From NCBI RefSeq assembly GCF_964213995.1, contig NC_135808.1, forward strand, positions 21,824,001 to 21,888,000: DNA of 64,000 nucleotides. Reading direction: 5' to 3'. This DNA comes from Mustelus asterias. Taxonomy: Eukaryota. A program made the translations under genes and the position numbers. The notes under the pieces were generated by a model, which had not been told where the DNA came from, ran no database searches, and saw only the letters and a list, made by a program, of their open reading frames with translations. Numbering within the stretch: the first letter of the stretch is position 1; every line of letters starts with the position of its first letter. This document shows positions 47,040 to 57,384 of this stretch, in pieces.

Positions 47040-47727
47040 AAATTTAGGAAGTGACCGAGATCAGAGTTGAGAATTCCTTGTTTAGCTTAGGATTACTGAA
47101 CTCAAAGTCAGTGAGTGTTGAGTTTTTGTGTGTTCTCTTGAGGTGAATGCCGTATGGAATAAATGGTTCTTTTACTGGCTGAGGTTTTCCTGGGTGTGGA
47201 AGAAGTGGCTCAGGATGGTTTACAAAAAGTGGTTAAAGCAAAACGTCTGGAATTGCCAAACAAGTTGCAGCTTTCAGTGATAGGTCGGCACTTAAAATTG
47301 CCAGAAACATTGGAATTGGCTTGAATTCTACTCCAAATCTCACAGCTTGAATTAGAGGCAAAGGAAAGAAAACACAATTGAAACTGTTGAAATTGCAATT
47401 AAAAGCAAATGAAAAAGAGTTGAGATAGTTTGAATTGTAATTTAAGGAAAAAGAAAGCGAGAGAGAATAGCCCTGGCAGAGCAGAACAAAGAGAAAAAGA
47501 ATGAGAACTTCAGGAAGTGAAAAGGCAATTTGAACTTGAAATGTCTGAAAGGCAAATGCATAAAACTGCGCGTGTATCAGGAAAAGGACAGATGATTTTG
47601 AATTGGTTTGTGAATCAAATGTTGGCTTTCAACATCAGTTTCAGCCTGTGAGAGACAGATAAATCCTCAGGTGGTAAAGGTAAAGGAGATGCCATTGGAG
47701 ATCGTAAAGATAGTTTCCCTCAGGTAA

Positions 47728-48330
47728 ATTCTTTCCACTAACTGAACTTCAACTTCTTTATCTTTGCTTTGTGATTTCCCCTCCTGGCTCAACCTGTGAC
47801 TTTGTAATCTTGTTATCCCGCAGTCAGGAAAAAAATCCCAGGATATGCTTCCTGCATCACCTCAGCTGTCTGATTTTCCACTGGCTTTTCAACCACAGTA
47901 ACCATCACTCCCACCTGTGACCCAGCTTTATCATTACCCAGGATAAACTGTATTCCTGGAAAAGATCATTTCCCTATCACTCCAACCCCCACTTCACCAC
48001 TTTCGCCAGAATCTCCAACCTTACACTTTCTAATGGAACACGACTCTTTTCACCAGCAATTTCACTTATTTCCACATTTTTCTGGCAATACTCCTTCCAA
48101 ACTACATATCTCCTCATCTTTCACCATCAAAGATTGACTTGATCCTGTACCTTTTAAAATCTGAACTTCTTTACCTCCTCCTCCTGGTACACATAAGTAA
48201 ACCTTACCCACATAAGTAAATTATTTTAAACGACTTAACACTTGCTTATCAACCAATCCCTGACCAGGCTGGACACTTTTTCACCTGTTCAGCTTCAACT
48301 ATGGTTTCCTTTATCAGTTAACAGACCCCA
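47728..48330 (-). pseudogene. Retrotransposon protease region, inverted relative to the rest of the element
   Basis: Minus strand encodes GKEVQILKGTGSSQSLMV (degenerate ILRDTGASQSL) and GIQFILGNDKAG. Confidence 0.8.
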
Positions 48331-49019
48331 GATGGTTGAGCAAGAACATAAACTGTTGGAGGATGGAGGTCACTATTTTTAGTTCAGAAAGTTGTCAGAA
48401 TTACAGCAGAAGGATATAGAAATAAAGCAATTGTATCAGAAAGCATATACAGAAGAAGAATCTGAGTGTCTACCAGAGTGATACTACATTACAAGTGATG
48501 AATTGATGAGATGCTGGAGATCATTACATATTCAGGCAGATGCATCAAAGTTATTCCGGGAAGTTTTGGATAGCTTAGGAGTAAAGCAATTTAAATCAAC
48601 TCTGTACCATTCAGAATCGCAAGGAATATTGAAACGCGAGCGTCAAATTTTAAAGGCCATGTTGAGGACCTCCAGGCAAGATTATCCAGAGGATTAGGAT
48701 AAAGGATGCACCTAATGAATTAACTAAATTCAGTCTATTTGAATTAAGTTTTGTCATGAGATAAGTGGACCACTTAAATTCATCAAGGAAAAATTGGTGA
48801 GTCAGCATTCTGGGACTATGTTGGACTATGTGTCAAACTTTATGGAGAGATTAACTAGGGCTGGGAAGTTCACGAGACAGCAATTAAAGGTGGCACAGCA
48901 TGTGAAGAAAAAAGTGGACAAGAAAAGTTCCTCGTTTTGCTCGCAGGGATAAGGTGTTAGCATTATTAGCAGTGCTCGGTGAACATTTAACAGCTAGGTT
49001 TAGTGGGCCTTATCAAATA
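48331..49019 (+). pseudogene. Integrase remnant (internally deleted); C-terminus resumes at ~51870
   Basis: SKLFREVLDSLGVKQFKSTLYHSESQGILKRERQILKAMLR and ARFSGPYQI, then NYLTRTLDRRKSHRV...NILKQY after the nested LINEs. Confidence 0.85.
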
Positions 49020-49331
49020 GGGTGGCATGGTGGCACAGTCCTTAGCACTGCTGCCTCACAATATCAGGAAGCGGAGTTCAATTCCAGCCTCAGGTGACTG
49101 TCTGAATGGAGTTTGCACTTTCTCCCGTGTCTGCGTGAGTTTCCTCTGGGTGCTCCGGTTTCCTCCCACAATCCAAAGGTGTACAAGAGAGGTTGATTGT
49201 CCATAATAGCTTGTCCCCTTCGTGTCAGGGGAATTAGTGGGGTCGATGCAATGATGGGGTCGAGGTGGGATTGTTGTTGGTGCAGGCTTGATGGGCCAAG
49301 TGGCCTCCTTCTGCACTATAGGGCTTCAATG
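49020..49331 (+). mobile_element. HE1-type SINE nested in the integrase
   Basis: GGTGGCATGGTGGCACAG head, GTTTCCTCTGGGTGCTCCGGTTTCCTCCCACA core, CR1-type tail GATGGGCCAAGTGGCCTCCTTCTGCACT. Confidence 0.9.
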
Positions 49332-49359
49332 AAATTGAAAGAAAATTGAATAAGATGAT

Positions 49360-51865
49360 TTTTAAAAATTCATTCATAGGACATGGGCATGGCTGCTGGC
49401 CAGCATTCATTGCTCATACCTAGTTGCCCTTGAGAAGGTGATAGTGAGCTGCCTTCTTGAATCGCTGCAGTCTATGTGCTGTAGGTTGACCCACACTGCC
49501 ATTAGAGAGGCAATTCCAGGATTTTGACACAGCGACTGTGAAGGAATGGTGATACATTTCCAAGTCACCATGGTGAGTAGCTTGGAGGGGAACTTGCAGG
49601 TGGTGGTGTTCCCATGTATCTGCTGCCCTTGTCCTTCGAGATGGATGTGGTTGTGGGTTTGAAAGGTGCTGTCAAGGATATTTGGTGAATTGTTGCAGTG
49701 CATCTTGTAGATAGTACACACTATTGCTATTGAGCGTCAGTGGTGGAGAGAGTGGATGTTTGTGGATATGGTACCAATCAAGTGGGATGCTCTGTCCAGG
49801 ATGGTGTCAAGCTTCTTGAGTGTTGCTGGACCTCATCCCATCCAGGCAAGTGGGGAGTATTCCATCATACTCCAGATTTCTGCCTTGTAGATGGTGGGCA
49901 GACTTTGGGGAATCAAGAGGTGAGTTACTCGTCACAGTATTCCCAGCCTCTCACCGGCTCTTGTGTTTATGTGGCGAGTCCAGTTGAGTTTCTGGTCAAT
50001 AGTAATGCCAAGGATGTTGACAGTGGGTAACAGTGGTAACACCATTGAATGTCAAGGGGTGGTTATTAGAGTGTCTCTTATTCATGATGATAATTGCCTG
50101 ACATTTGTGTTGCTCGAATGTTACTTGCCACTTGTCAGCCGAAGCTTGGATATTGTCCAGATCTTGTTGCATTTGAACATGGACTGCTTCAGTATATGTG
50201 GAGTCATGAGTGGTACTGAAAATTGTGCAATCATCAGCAAACATCCCCACTTCTGACCTTATGATGGGGGGGAAGATCATTGATGAAGCAGTTGAAGATG
50301 GTTGGGCTGACGACACTACTCTAAGGGATTCATAAGAACATAAGAACTAGGAGCAGGAGTAGGCATCTGGCCCCTCGAGATGCTCTGCCATTCAATAAGA
50401 TCATGGGTGATCTTCTCGTAGACTCAGCTCCACTCAGCCGCCTGCTCACCATAACCCTTAATTCCTTTACTGTTCAAAAATTTATCTATCCTTGCCTTAA
50501 AAACATTCAATGAGGTAGCCTCAACTGCTTCACTGAGCAGGGAATTCCACAGATTCAAACCCATTGTGTGAAGAAGTTCCTCCTCAATTCAGTCCTAAAT
50601 CTGCTTCCCCTTATTTTGAGGCTCTGCCCCCTCGTTCTTGTTTCACCCGCCAGTGGAAAAAACTTCCCTGCTTCTATCTTATCTATTCCCTTCATAATCT
50701 TATATGTTTCCTTCAGATCTCCCCTCATTCTTCTGAATTCCAATGAGTATAGCCCCAGTCTACTCAGTCTCTCCTCAAAAGCCAACCCTCTCAACTCTGG
50801 AATCAACCCTAGTGAATCTCCTCTGCAACCCCTCCAGTGCCAATATATCCTTTCTCAAGTAAGGAGACCAAAACTGTACACAGTACTCCAGGTGTGGCCT
50901 CACCAGCACCTTATACAGCTGCAACATCACCTCGCTGTTTTTCAACTCCAATAAAGGACAACATTCCATTTGCCTTATTAATTACCTGCTCCACCTACAA
51001 ACCAACTCCTTGAAATTCTGCACAAGGACACCCAGGTCCCTCTGCACAGCAGCATGCTGCAATTTTTTACCATTTAAATAATAGTCCATTTTGCTGTAAT
51101 TCCTACCAAAATGGATGACTTCCCATTTACCAACACTATACTCCATCTGCCAAACCCTCGCCCACTCACTTAGCCTATCTATATCCCTTTGCAGACTTTC
51201 AGCGTCCTCTGCACACTTTGCTCTGCCACTCATCTTAGTGTCATCTGTGAATTTTGACACACTACACTTAGTCCCCAACTCCAAATCATCTCTGTAAATT
51301 GTAAACAATTGCGGTCCCAACACTGAACCATGAGGCACACCACTAGTCACTGATCACCAACCAGAAAAACACCAATTTACCCTCACTCTTTGCTTTCTGT
51401 TAGTTAACCAATCCTCTATCCATGCTAGTACATTACCCGTAATACCGTGCACCTTTATCTTGTGTAGCAGTCTTTGGTGGGTCACCTTGTCAAATGCCTT
51501 CTGGAAATCCAGATACACCACATCCACAGGTTCCCCATTGTCTATTCCTGCACAGATGTCCTGGAGCTGAGATGACTGACCCTCCACAATCACATTCCTA
51601 TGTGCCAGGTATGACTCCAACCAGCGTAGAGTTTGCCACCTGATACCCATTGATTTCAGTTTTGCTAGAGTTCCTTGATGCCACACTTGGCCGAATGTGG
51701 CCTTGATATCAAGGGCTGTCACTTTCACCTCACCTCTGGAATTCAGCTATTTTGTCCATGTTTGAACCAAGGCTGTAATGAGGTCAGGAGCTGAGTGACC
51801 CTGGTGAAACCCAAACTGGACGTCACTGAGCAGGTTATCATTAAGCAGGTGCTGCTTGATAGTAC
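49360..51865 (-). mobile_element. 5'-truncated CR1/L2-group LINE nested in the Gypsy element, itself interrupted at 50332-51543
   Basis: Minus ORFs VTALDIKATFGQVWHQG and VGMFADDCTIF...MQQDLDNIQASADKWQVTF; 3' end CACCTTCTCAAGGGCAACTAGG...ATGAATGAA. Confidence 0.85.
50332..51543 (-). mobile_element. 5'-truncated CR1 LINE nested within the previous LINE
   Basis: (CATAAGAA)n tail at 50331; motifs VYLDFQKAFDKV, SGVPHGSVLGP, SKFTDDTK and LVRPHLEYCVQFWSP; candidate ATTC TSD (50328-31 / 51544-47). Confidence 0.92.
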
Positions 51866-52189
51866 CTGTGAAGAATTATTTGACAAGAACGTTGGATCGA
51901 AGGAAATCTCACAGAGTGTTTCCTGAGAATATACTCAAGCAATATTTTGATAGGGAAGGAAAGCAGAAGGAGGATGCATTAGTTATGACAATGCAGAGTG
52001 AAGAAATAAGTCCAGATGATCCTGCATTTGACATTCTTCAAATTAGATTGGATAATGTGGAAGTAATTGGAAATTGAAATAAACGATTGAGTTACCTTCT
52101 GGAGGAAAATCAAAATGGCCTGAAAGAGTTATTACAACCACATGGAGAGATATGTGGGAATAAACTGGGAAGGACTAAAATAATTATGC

Positions 52190-53460
52190 ACAACGTAGAT
52201 GTAAGAAATGCTGTTCCAATTAAGCAATATCTGTACAAGCTTAACCCTCTAAAGTTGGCATAGGTTCAAAAGGAGATTGAAAGCATATTTAAAAATTACA
52301 TCATTGAAGTGAGTTGGAGCGAGTGCAGCTCACCCGTAGTGATGGTTCCAAAATGAGATGACACCCAACAATTCTGTGTGGACTAAGGAAAGTTAATGCA
52401 GTTACAAAATAAAATTCATATCCCAATCCTTAATTGGGAGACTGCATTCAGAAGGTGGGACAAGTGACTTTTATTTCCAAACTTGACTTACTGAAAGGAT
52501 ACTGGCGGGTACCTTTATCCGAAAGGGCAAAGGAGATTTTGGCTTTCATGACAAAAAATGGTCAGTACCAGTTTAAAGTCATGCCATTTGAAATGAAAAA
52601 TGCACAAGCCACATTTCAAACATTAACTAATAAGGTCATTTCTGGACTACCTAATTGTGTTGTGTACATAAAGAATCCGGTGGTTTTCAGTCAGACGTGG
52701 AAGTAACATTTGGAGCACCGAGCGGAATTGTTCAATTGGCTTCAGGATGCAGGCTTGGTGGTAAACTTGGCTAAGAACGAGTTTACAAAAGCCAAAGTCA
52801 CATTCATCGTCCATACAATTAGACATGGATGGAAGGCCCTACGGTCGGTGAAAACAAAGGTTACTGGGGAGTGCCCATTACTGCCGGTGAAAAGTGAAGT
52901 ACTGCATTCTTGGACCTGGATGGTTTTTGTAGGAATTTTGTGCCAAACATTTGCATTATGGTTGCTGCACTGACTGACTTGCTGAAAAAACATGCAAAAT
53001 TTCAGTGGACGGTGAATGTCAGAGGGCATTTGGCAGCCTGAATAATGTGTTAACCACTGCACCTGTGTTGGCAAGAACAAATTATGCAAAACAATTCAAC
53101 ATGGCCATTGATGCGAGTGATGCAGCTGTTCTATTACAAGAAGATGACAAAAGGATATAAAGACCGATTGGGTACTTTTTTCTGGAAAACTAAATAACCA
53201 TCAAAAGAGATTCAACCATTGAGAAAAAAAACATTGAGTTTGGTGTTGGCATTGCAACATTTTCACGTTTATGTTGTCAGCAATTCATCTGAGACAGTTA
53301 TTTACACTGATCATAATCCATTGACGTCTCTGGAGACATTTAGAGATCAAAGTGAAAGGCAGTTTAGATGGAGTTTATTATTGCAGCCATTTTATATGAG
53401 AATTACAATGTGGCAGAAAGTGAGAATGTGATTGCTGATGCTTCATCAACAATTTCATGA
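52190..53460 (+). pseudogene. Gypsy reverse transcriptase and RNase H remnants
   Basis: SKLDLLKGYWRVPL, YQFKVMPFEMKNAQATFQ, YIKN in place of YIDD, IDASD and YTDHNPL...RWSLLLQPF; multiple stops and frameshifts. Confidence 0.9.
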
Positions 53461-53656
53461 AAGAGGAAGGAATATTCAATGTCGGAAGAGAATGACTGAA
53501 CTGGACAATAGAACTATTATACTTGCATGCACAGATTTACTAGAATGTGTATATTTTATATATATTTTATATATTATAGATGTAGTACTAACAGTGTGAA
53601 ACTTGAAGTTTTGAAAAATGAAGCCATTTTTTATTGCTGTTTTTTTAAGGGGGAGG

Positions 53657-54417
53657 TGTGAGGATACTGTGCCTTTAAGAAATGTATCTATATCATGTTT
53701 CTTGTGAAGGGATTGTTTTCAACTTCAGCTCTGATTACAGTGCCGATTTGCCCACAAACAGCAGCCCACATGCTGAGAGTGCAGAAGCATAATTTATCCC
53801 AGATAATGTTTTTTTTTGCTTTTATCTGAGCTGTTTTGTTTATTTTTTTGGGTTGTCCCTGGGGTTTCAGAGTAAGGTTTAATTCGGTTGATTGACAAGA
53901 GGAAGTCATATGCTGATGGGAAGAGCTAAGCTTACAGGAAGACAGGCAGGCAGTTGTCTGCCTGGACCTGCCAGAAGCATTATTCTCTCTCTCTTTCTCT
54001 AAAGACTGTAGTTTGGGACCTGCTAGAAAATAGGTCTCTCTCCTGAGGTGTTTTGGAGGCTGGAGATACCCAGCTCAGATACCCACATGTAAGGCTGTTT
54101 GCTGACTGATTTTGAGGAGGAGTTTCTGTCTATGAGGAATATTGCTTAAATTGGAACAATTAGAAATAATCCAGCAGTTAAGAGTTGTATCTTGTCACAT
54201 TTAAGAATTTCAGTTCGTAAAAATTGAGGCTATTTCTTTTTGTTATAGTTAAACTGTACTGTTAAATAAAGTTTGTTTTGACAAAAGCTTCCTAGTGGGT
54301 CATTGGAATGACACCTCGAGTGAAACACTTTATCCTCACACGAATGTCAAAGTCAACAAAGAGAGTTGGGGTCTGGTCTAAATTCATAGCATGGAGTTTC
54401 TAATCTGGTCGCTAACA
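53657..54417 (+). repeat. 3' LTR (TG...CA)
   Basis: Starts TGTGAG immediately after the PPT, ends CTAACA, and has an internal AATAAA near 54265. Confidence 0.88.
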
Positions 54418-54467
54418 GTGGATGCTGGTGTTTTGTGCTCATACCTTGATCTCTCTCTGTTTTTCAG

Positions 54468-54728
54468 GTTCTCACTCTCTCCAGATTTTCGTCACGGGAA
54501 TGACTCCAATCCCGGGTTTCCCGGAGTTTGTGATTGTCGGTTATGTGGATGATCTCCAGGTTGTTGTGTACGACAGCGATCGGAAGGAGCTGATCCCCCG
54601 GGAGCAGTGGATGGTGGAGAGAGACGGACATGAGGCTTGGGAACAGAAGAAGATTCTCGCACAAGAGCTGGGGATGATTTTCAAAGTGTTTATTCCGTCC
54701 TTCATTTCTCTGTCCCAGCAGACAGGAA
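54468..54728 (+). CDS. MHC class I exon 2 (alpha1 domain), non-classical
   Basis: TTTTCAG acceptor; 261 bp, phase 1/1; GSHSLQIFVTGMTPIPGFPEFVIVGYVDD...YDSD...PREQW...QQTG; A|GTGAGT donor. Confidence 0.96.
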
Positions 54729-55100
54729 GTGAGTCCTCACTTTCCCACCACTCGGGGGTGCAGGTGGGAAGATACCAAGAATGGATCAGGAACTGGGAGC
54801 CAGAGGCTGATTGGCTACGATTGGATATGTGACAGGAAATTTGATTGGTGATCAATGAGTGGAGGGAATGTATCCAAGAGAGACTGGTTTGGATTGGCTG
54901 TGTGTGGAGGACATGAGATCCACTTAGTGTAACTGCCGCTGATTGGCTTTCTATGTGGTGGGAGGTGCCTCCCAGCCTCCCTTGATTTAATTGGCTCTTG
55001 ATAGAGTGTGTCTGGCTTCTGAGTGGAACTAGCTTGGATTGGCTGTGGGGGTGGGATCTCACATTGGGACTGACTCTAATTGGCTGTTTGTGATCCACAG

Positions 55101-55373
55101 GCATCCATGTTTTACAGCTGACGACTGGCTGCAACCTGAGGGACGATGGGACCACGAGTGCATTCAACCAGTTTGGGTGGAATGGACAGGATGTGCTCAG
55201 CTTCGACAAGGATCACATGGTGTGGGTGACCCCAGTGCCCTGGGGAGAGAGCATCAAAAACAAACTTGACAGGGACACTGCCAACAATGAGCGATGCAAA
55301 CAATTACTGGAGGTGCACTGTATTGAGTGGCTGAGGAAATTCCTCGAGTTCGGACAGAATGAACTGACAGCCG
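55101..55373 (+). CDS. MHC class I exon 3 (alpha2 domain)
   Basis: CCACAG acceptor; 273 bp, phase 1/1, open; (S)IHVLQLTTGCNLRDDGTT...GWNGQDVLSFDK...HCIEWLRKFLEFG with both canonical Cys; G|GTGAGT donor. Confidence 0.96.
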
Positions 55374-56100
55374 GTGAGTGAGGGGGGAGCAAGAGTCGGT
55401 GAGTGAGGGGGGAGCGAGAGTCGGTGAGCGAGGGGGGGAGCGAGAGTCGGTGAGCGAGGGGGGGAGCGAGAGTCGGTGAGCGAGTGGGGAGCGAGAGTCG
55501 GTGAGCGAGGGGGGAGCGAGAGTCGGTGAGCGAGGGGGGAGCGAGAGTCGGTGAGCGAGGGGGGAGCGAGAGTCGGTGAGCGAGGGGGGAGCGAGAGTCG
55601 GTGAGCGAGGGGGGAGCGAGAGTCGGTGAGCGAGGGGGGAGCGAGAGTCGGTGAGCGAGGGGGGAGCGAGAGTCGGTGAGCGAGGGGGGAGCGAGAGTCG
55701 GTGAGCGAGGGGGGAGCGAGAGTCGGTGAGCGAGGGGGGAGCGAGAGTCGGTGAGCGAGGGGGGAGCGAGAGTCGGTGAGCGAGGGGGGAGCGAGAGTCG
55801 GTGAGCGAGGGGGGAGCGAGAGTCGGTGAGCGAGGGGGGAGCGAGAGTCGGTGAGTGAGGGGGGAGCGAGAGTCGGTGAGTGAGAGTCGGTGAGTGAGGG
55901 GGGAGTGAGAGTCGGTGAGTGAGGGGGGAGTGAGAGTCAGTGAGTGAGGGCGTGGAGTGAGAGTCGGTGAGTGAAGGAGTGGACAGAGTCGGTGAGTGAA
56001 ATGTGAGTGAGAGTCGGGGAGGGGGTGGGAATCAGTGGGTGAGTGAGGGGGGAGTGGGAATCAGTGGGTGAGTGAGGGGGGAGTGGGAATCAGTGGGTGA
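55374..56100. repeat. 25-bp purine-rich minisatellite (GTGAGCGAGGGGGGAGCGAGAGTCG)n starting at the intron 3 donor
   Basis: Perfect 25-bp period from 55501 to ~55850 with degenerate flanks. Confidence 0.95.
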
Positions 56101-56129
56101 GGTGGACTGAGTCATTGAGTGACGCGGGA

Positions 56130-57380
56130 CAGATAGAGAGAAAGGTAGAAAACACCTCCTGCATTTTACAGAAAGCTGGAGGGAGATACTTATTTTCTAT
56201 CAGCTTCCAGACTGCAATTTCCAGACAGGGAAAGGGAGAGAGAAAGAGCTGCTCCTTCCTTTTTCAAATTGAAACAGCAACTGCCTGCCTGTCCCTCTGT
56301 AACCCGAACTGCTCCCATTGACATGATTTCATTCTTGCCAATCAACCTAATTACACCCGACTCTGAAACACCAGGAGAAAACCAGAACATTTCACAAAAC
56401 TGCATTAGCTCAGATTAAAACAAACACCCCAATAATTAGGAGCAATTGCTCTTCTGCATTACATTGTGAAGTTTGTTTTTAAAATTATAAAACAATTGTA
56501 ACAATGCTAGGAGCAGAAGGCATTGCATGGTCTGTTTTAAAAAAGGTAGTTTTTTTTCTGTACTGAAGAGTAGGAGGTGCATGCTGTACACTGTACATTG
56601 TATCGTGAGCCTGGGCAGTAACTTTAACCAATCAGTTTAAATTAGGCATTTGAATAGCAGCAGCCTCTCAGATTTGAATTTGATGTTTTGACAACTAGTG
56701 GTAAACCAATCCTATTGTGGGGATTTTTGATATGTCATCAGGGGTATAAAAGCCACACTCCCGCCTCTGCCAGCAAATGCACCTGCCACAGTTTACAGCT
56801 TGAGAGAGAGACAGACAGCAACTGTCTCTAACAGAGTAACAGCCACATTTATGTCTTAACAGAAAGCCTCATCTCAAGCGTAAAGGTAAAAACGGAAGAT
56901 AGTGGGAACAGAAGATAAAGACAGAGCATTCCGGAAGATGACAAACCTGGTTAAAATTTTGAGAGTGACTAGAAAATCAAATTGTTTTGTAAAAAATGGG
57001 AATTGGATTTTTCTAAACAGCATTCCATTGGAATCGTGCTTTATTCGGTTTGTTAATTGTTTAGTTAACCTGATTGCTATTAGTGAGATAAATAAAGTGT
57101 TACTTGTTGCTTTACAGAGGGAATCTCAGGTAGTTATTTTGATTTGACCACTGAAGGTTGCTGAAGAGCAGATTTTAACCCTTCTCACACACACATTAAC
57201 AGATTATGAAGGGACGTAATGCTCTTTCAGTGGCTGAGTATCAGCTCTTAGAGAGGAGATCAACTTCCACTTCGTAACAATTATCAGCATGTGGGCTGCT
57301 GCAGTAATCAGAGTTGACACATAAAACAGTCCCTTTAGAAGAAATGCAAATAAATTCCTTAAAAGCACAGTTCTGACACA
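56130..57380 (-). mobile_element. Partial LTR related to the intron 1 Gypsy LTR (copy 1), interrupted by a solo LTR
   Basis: Reverse complement aligns with 53657-53960 (CTGTGCYTTTAAG, CAGCAGCCCACATGCTGA, CCTGG.GTTTCAGAGT, ACAGGCAGGCAGTTG). Confidence 0.75.
56465..57279 (+). mobile_element. Solo LTR (copy 1)
   Basis: TGTGAAG...CGTAACA termini, TATAAAA near 56745, AATAAA near 57091; splits a contiguous host LTR. Confidence 0.75.
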
Positions 57381-57384
57381 GGGG

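Larger units (their letters stand above)
46299..54417 (+). mobile_element. Decayed Ty3/Gypsy LTR retrotransposon of Gmr1 type (gag-PR-IN-RT-RH) in MHC-I intron 1
   Basis: Two related LTRs, PPT AAGGGGGAGG (53647-56), candidate TSD GTGG (46295-98 / 54418-21), gag start at ~47163, and integrase core (YHSESQGILKR..ILKAML) upstream of Gypsy-type RT and RNase H. Confidence 0.9.

Noticed and set aside
47040-47062. Primer-binding site after the 5' LTR
   Set aside because: Only a faint resemblance to a tRNA-Pro-type PBS; too decayed to call.
54422-54832. ORF-track starts and ends for the MHC exons (also 55193-55381 and 61548-61823)
   Set aside because: Real boundaries are set by splice sites; the extensions are intronic.
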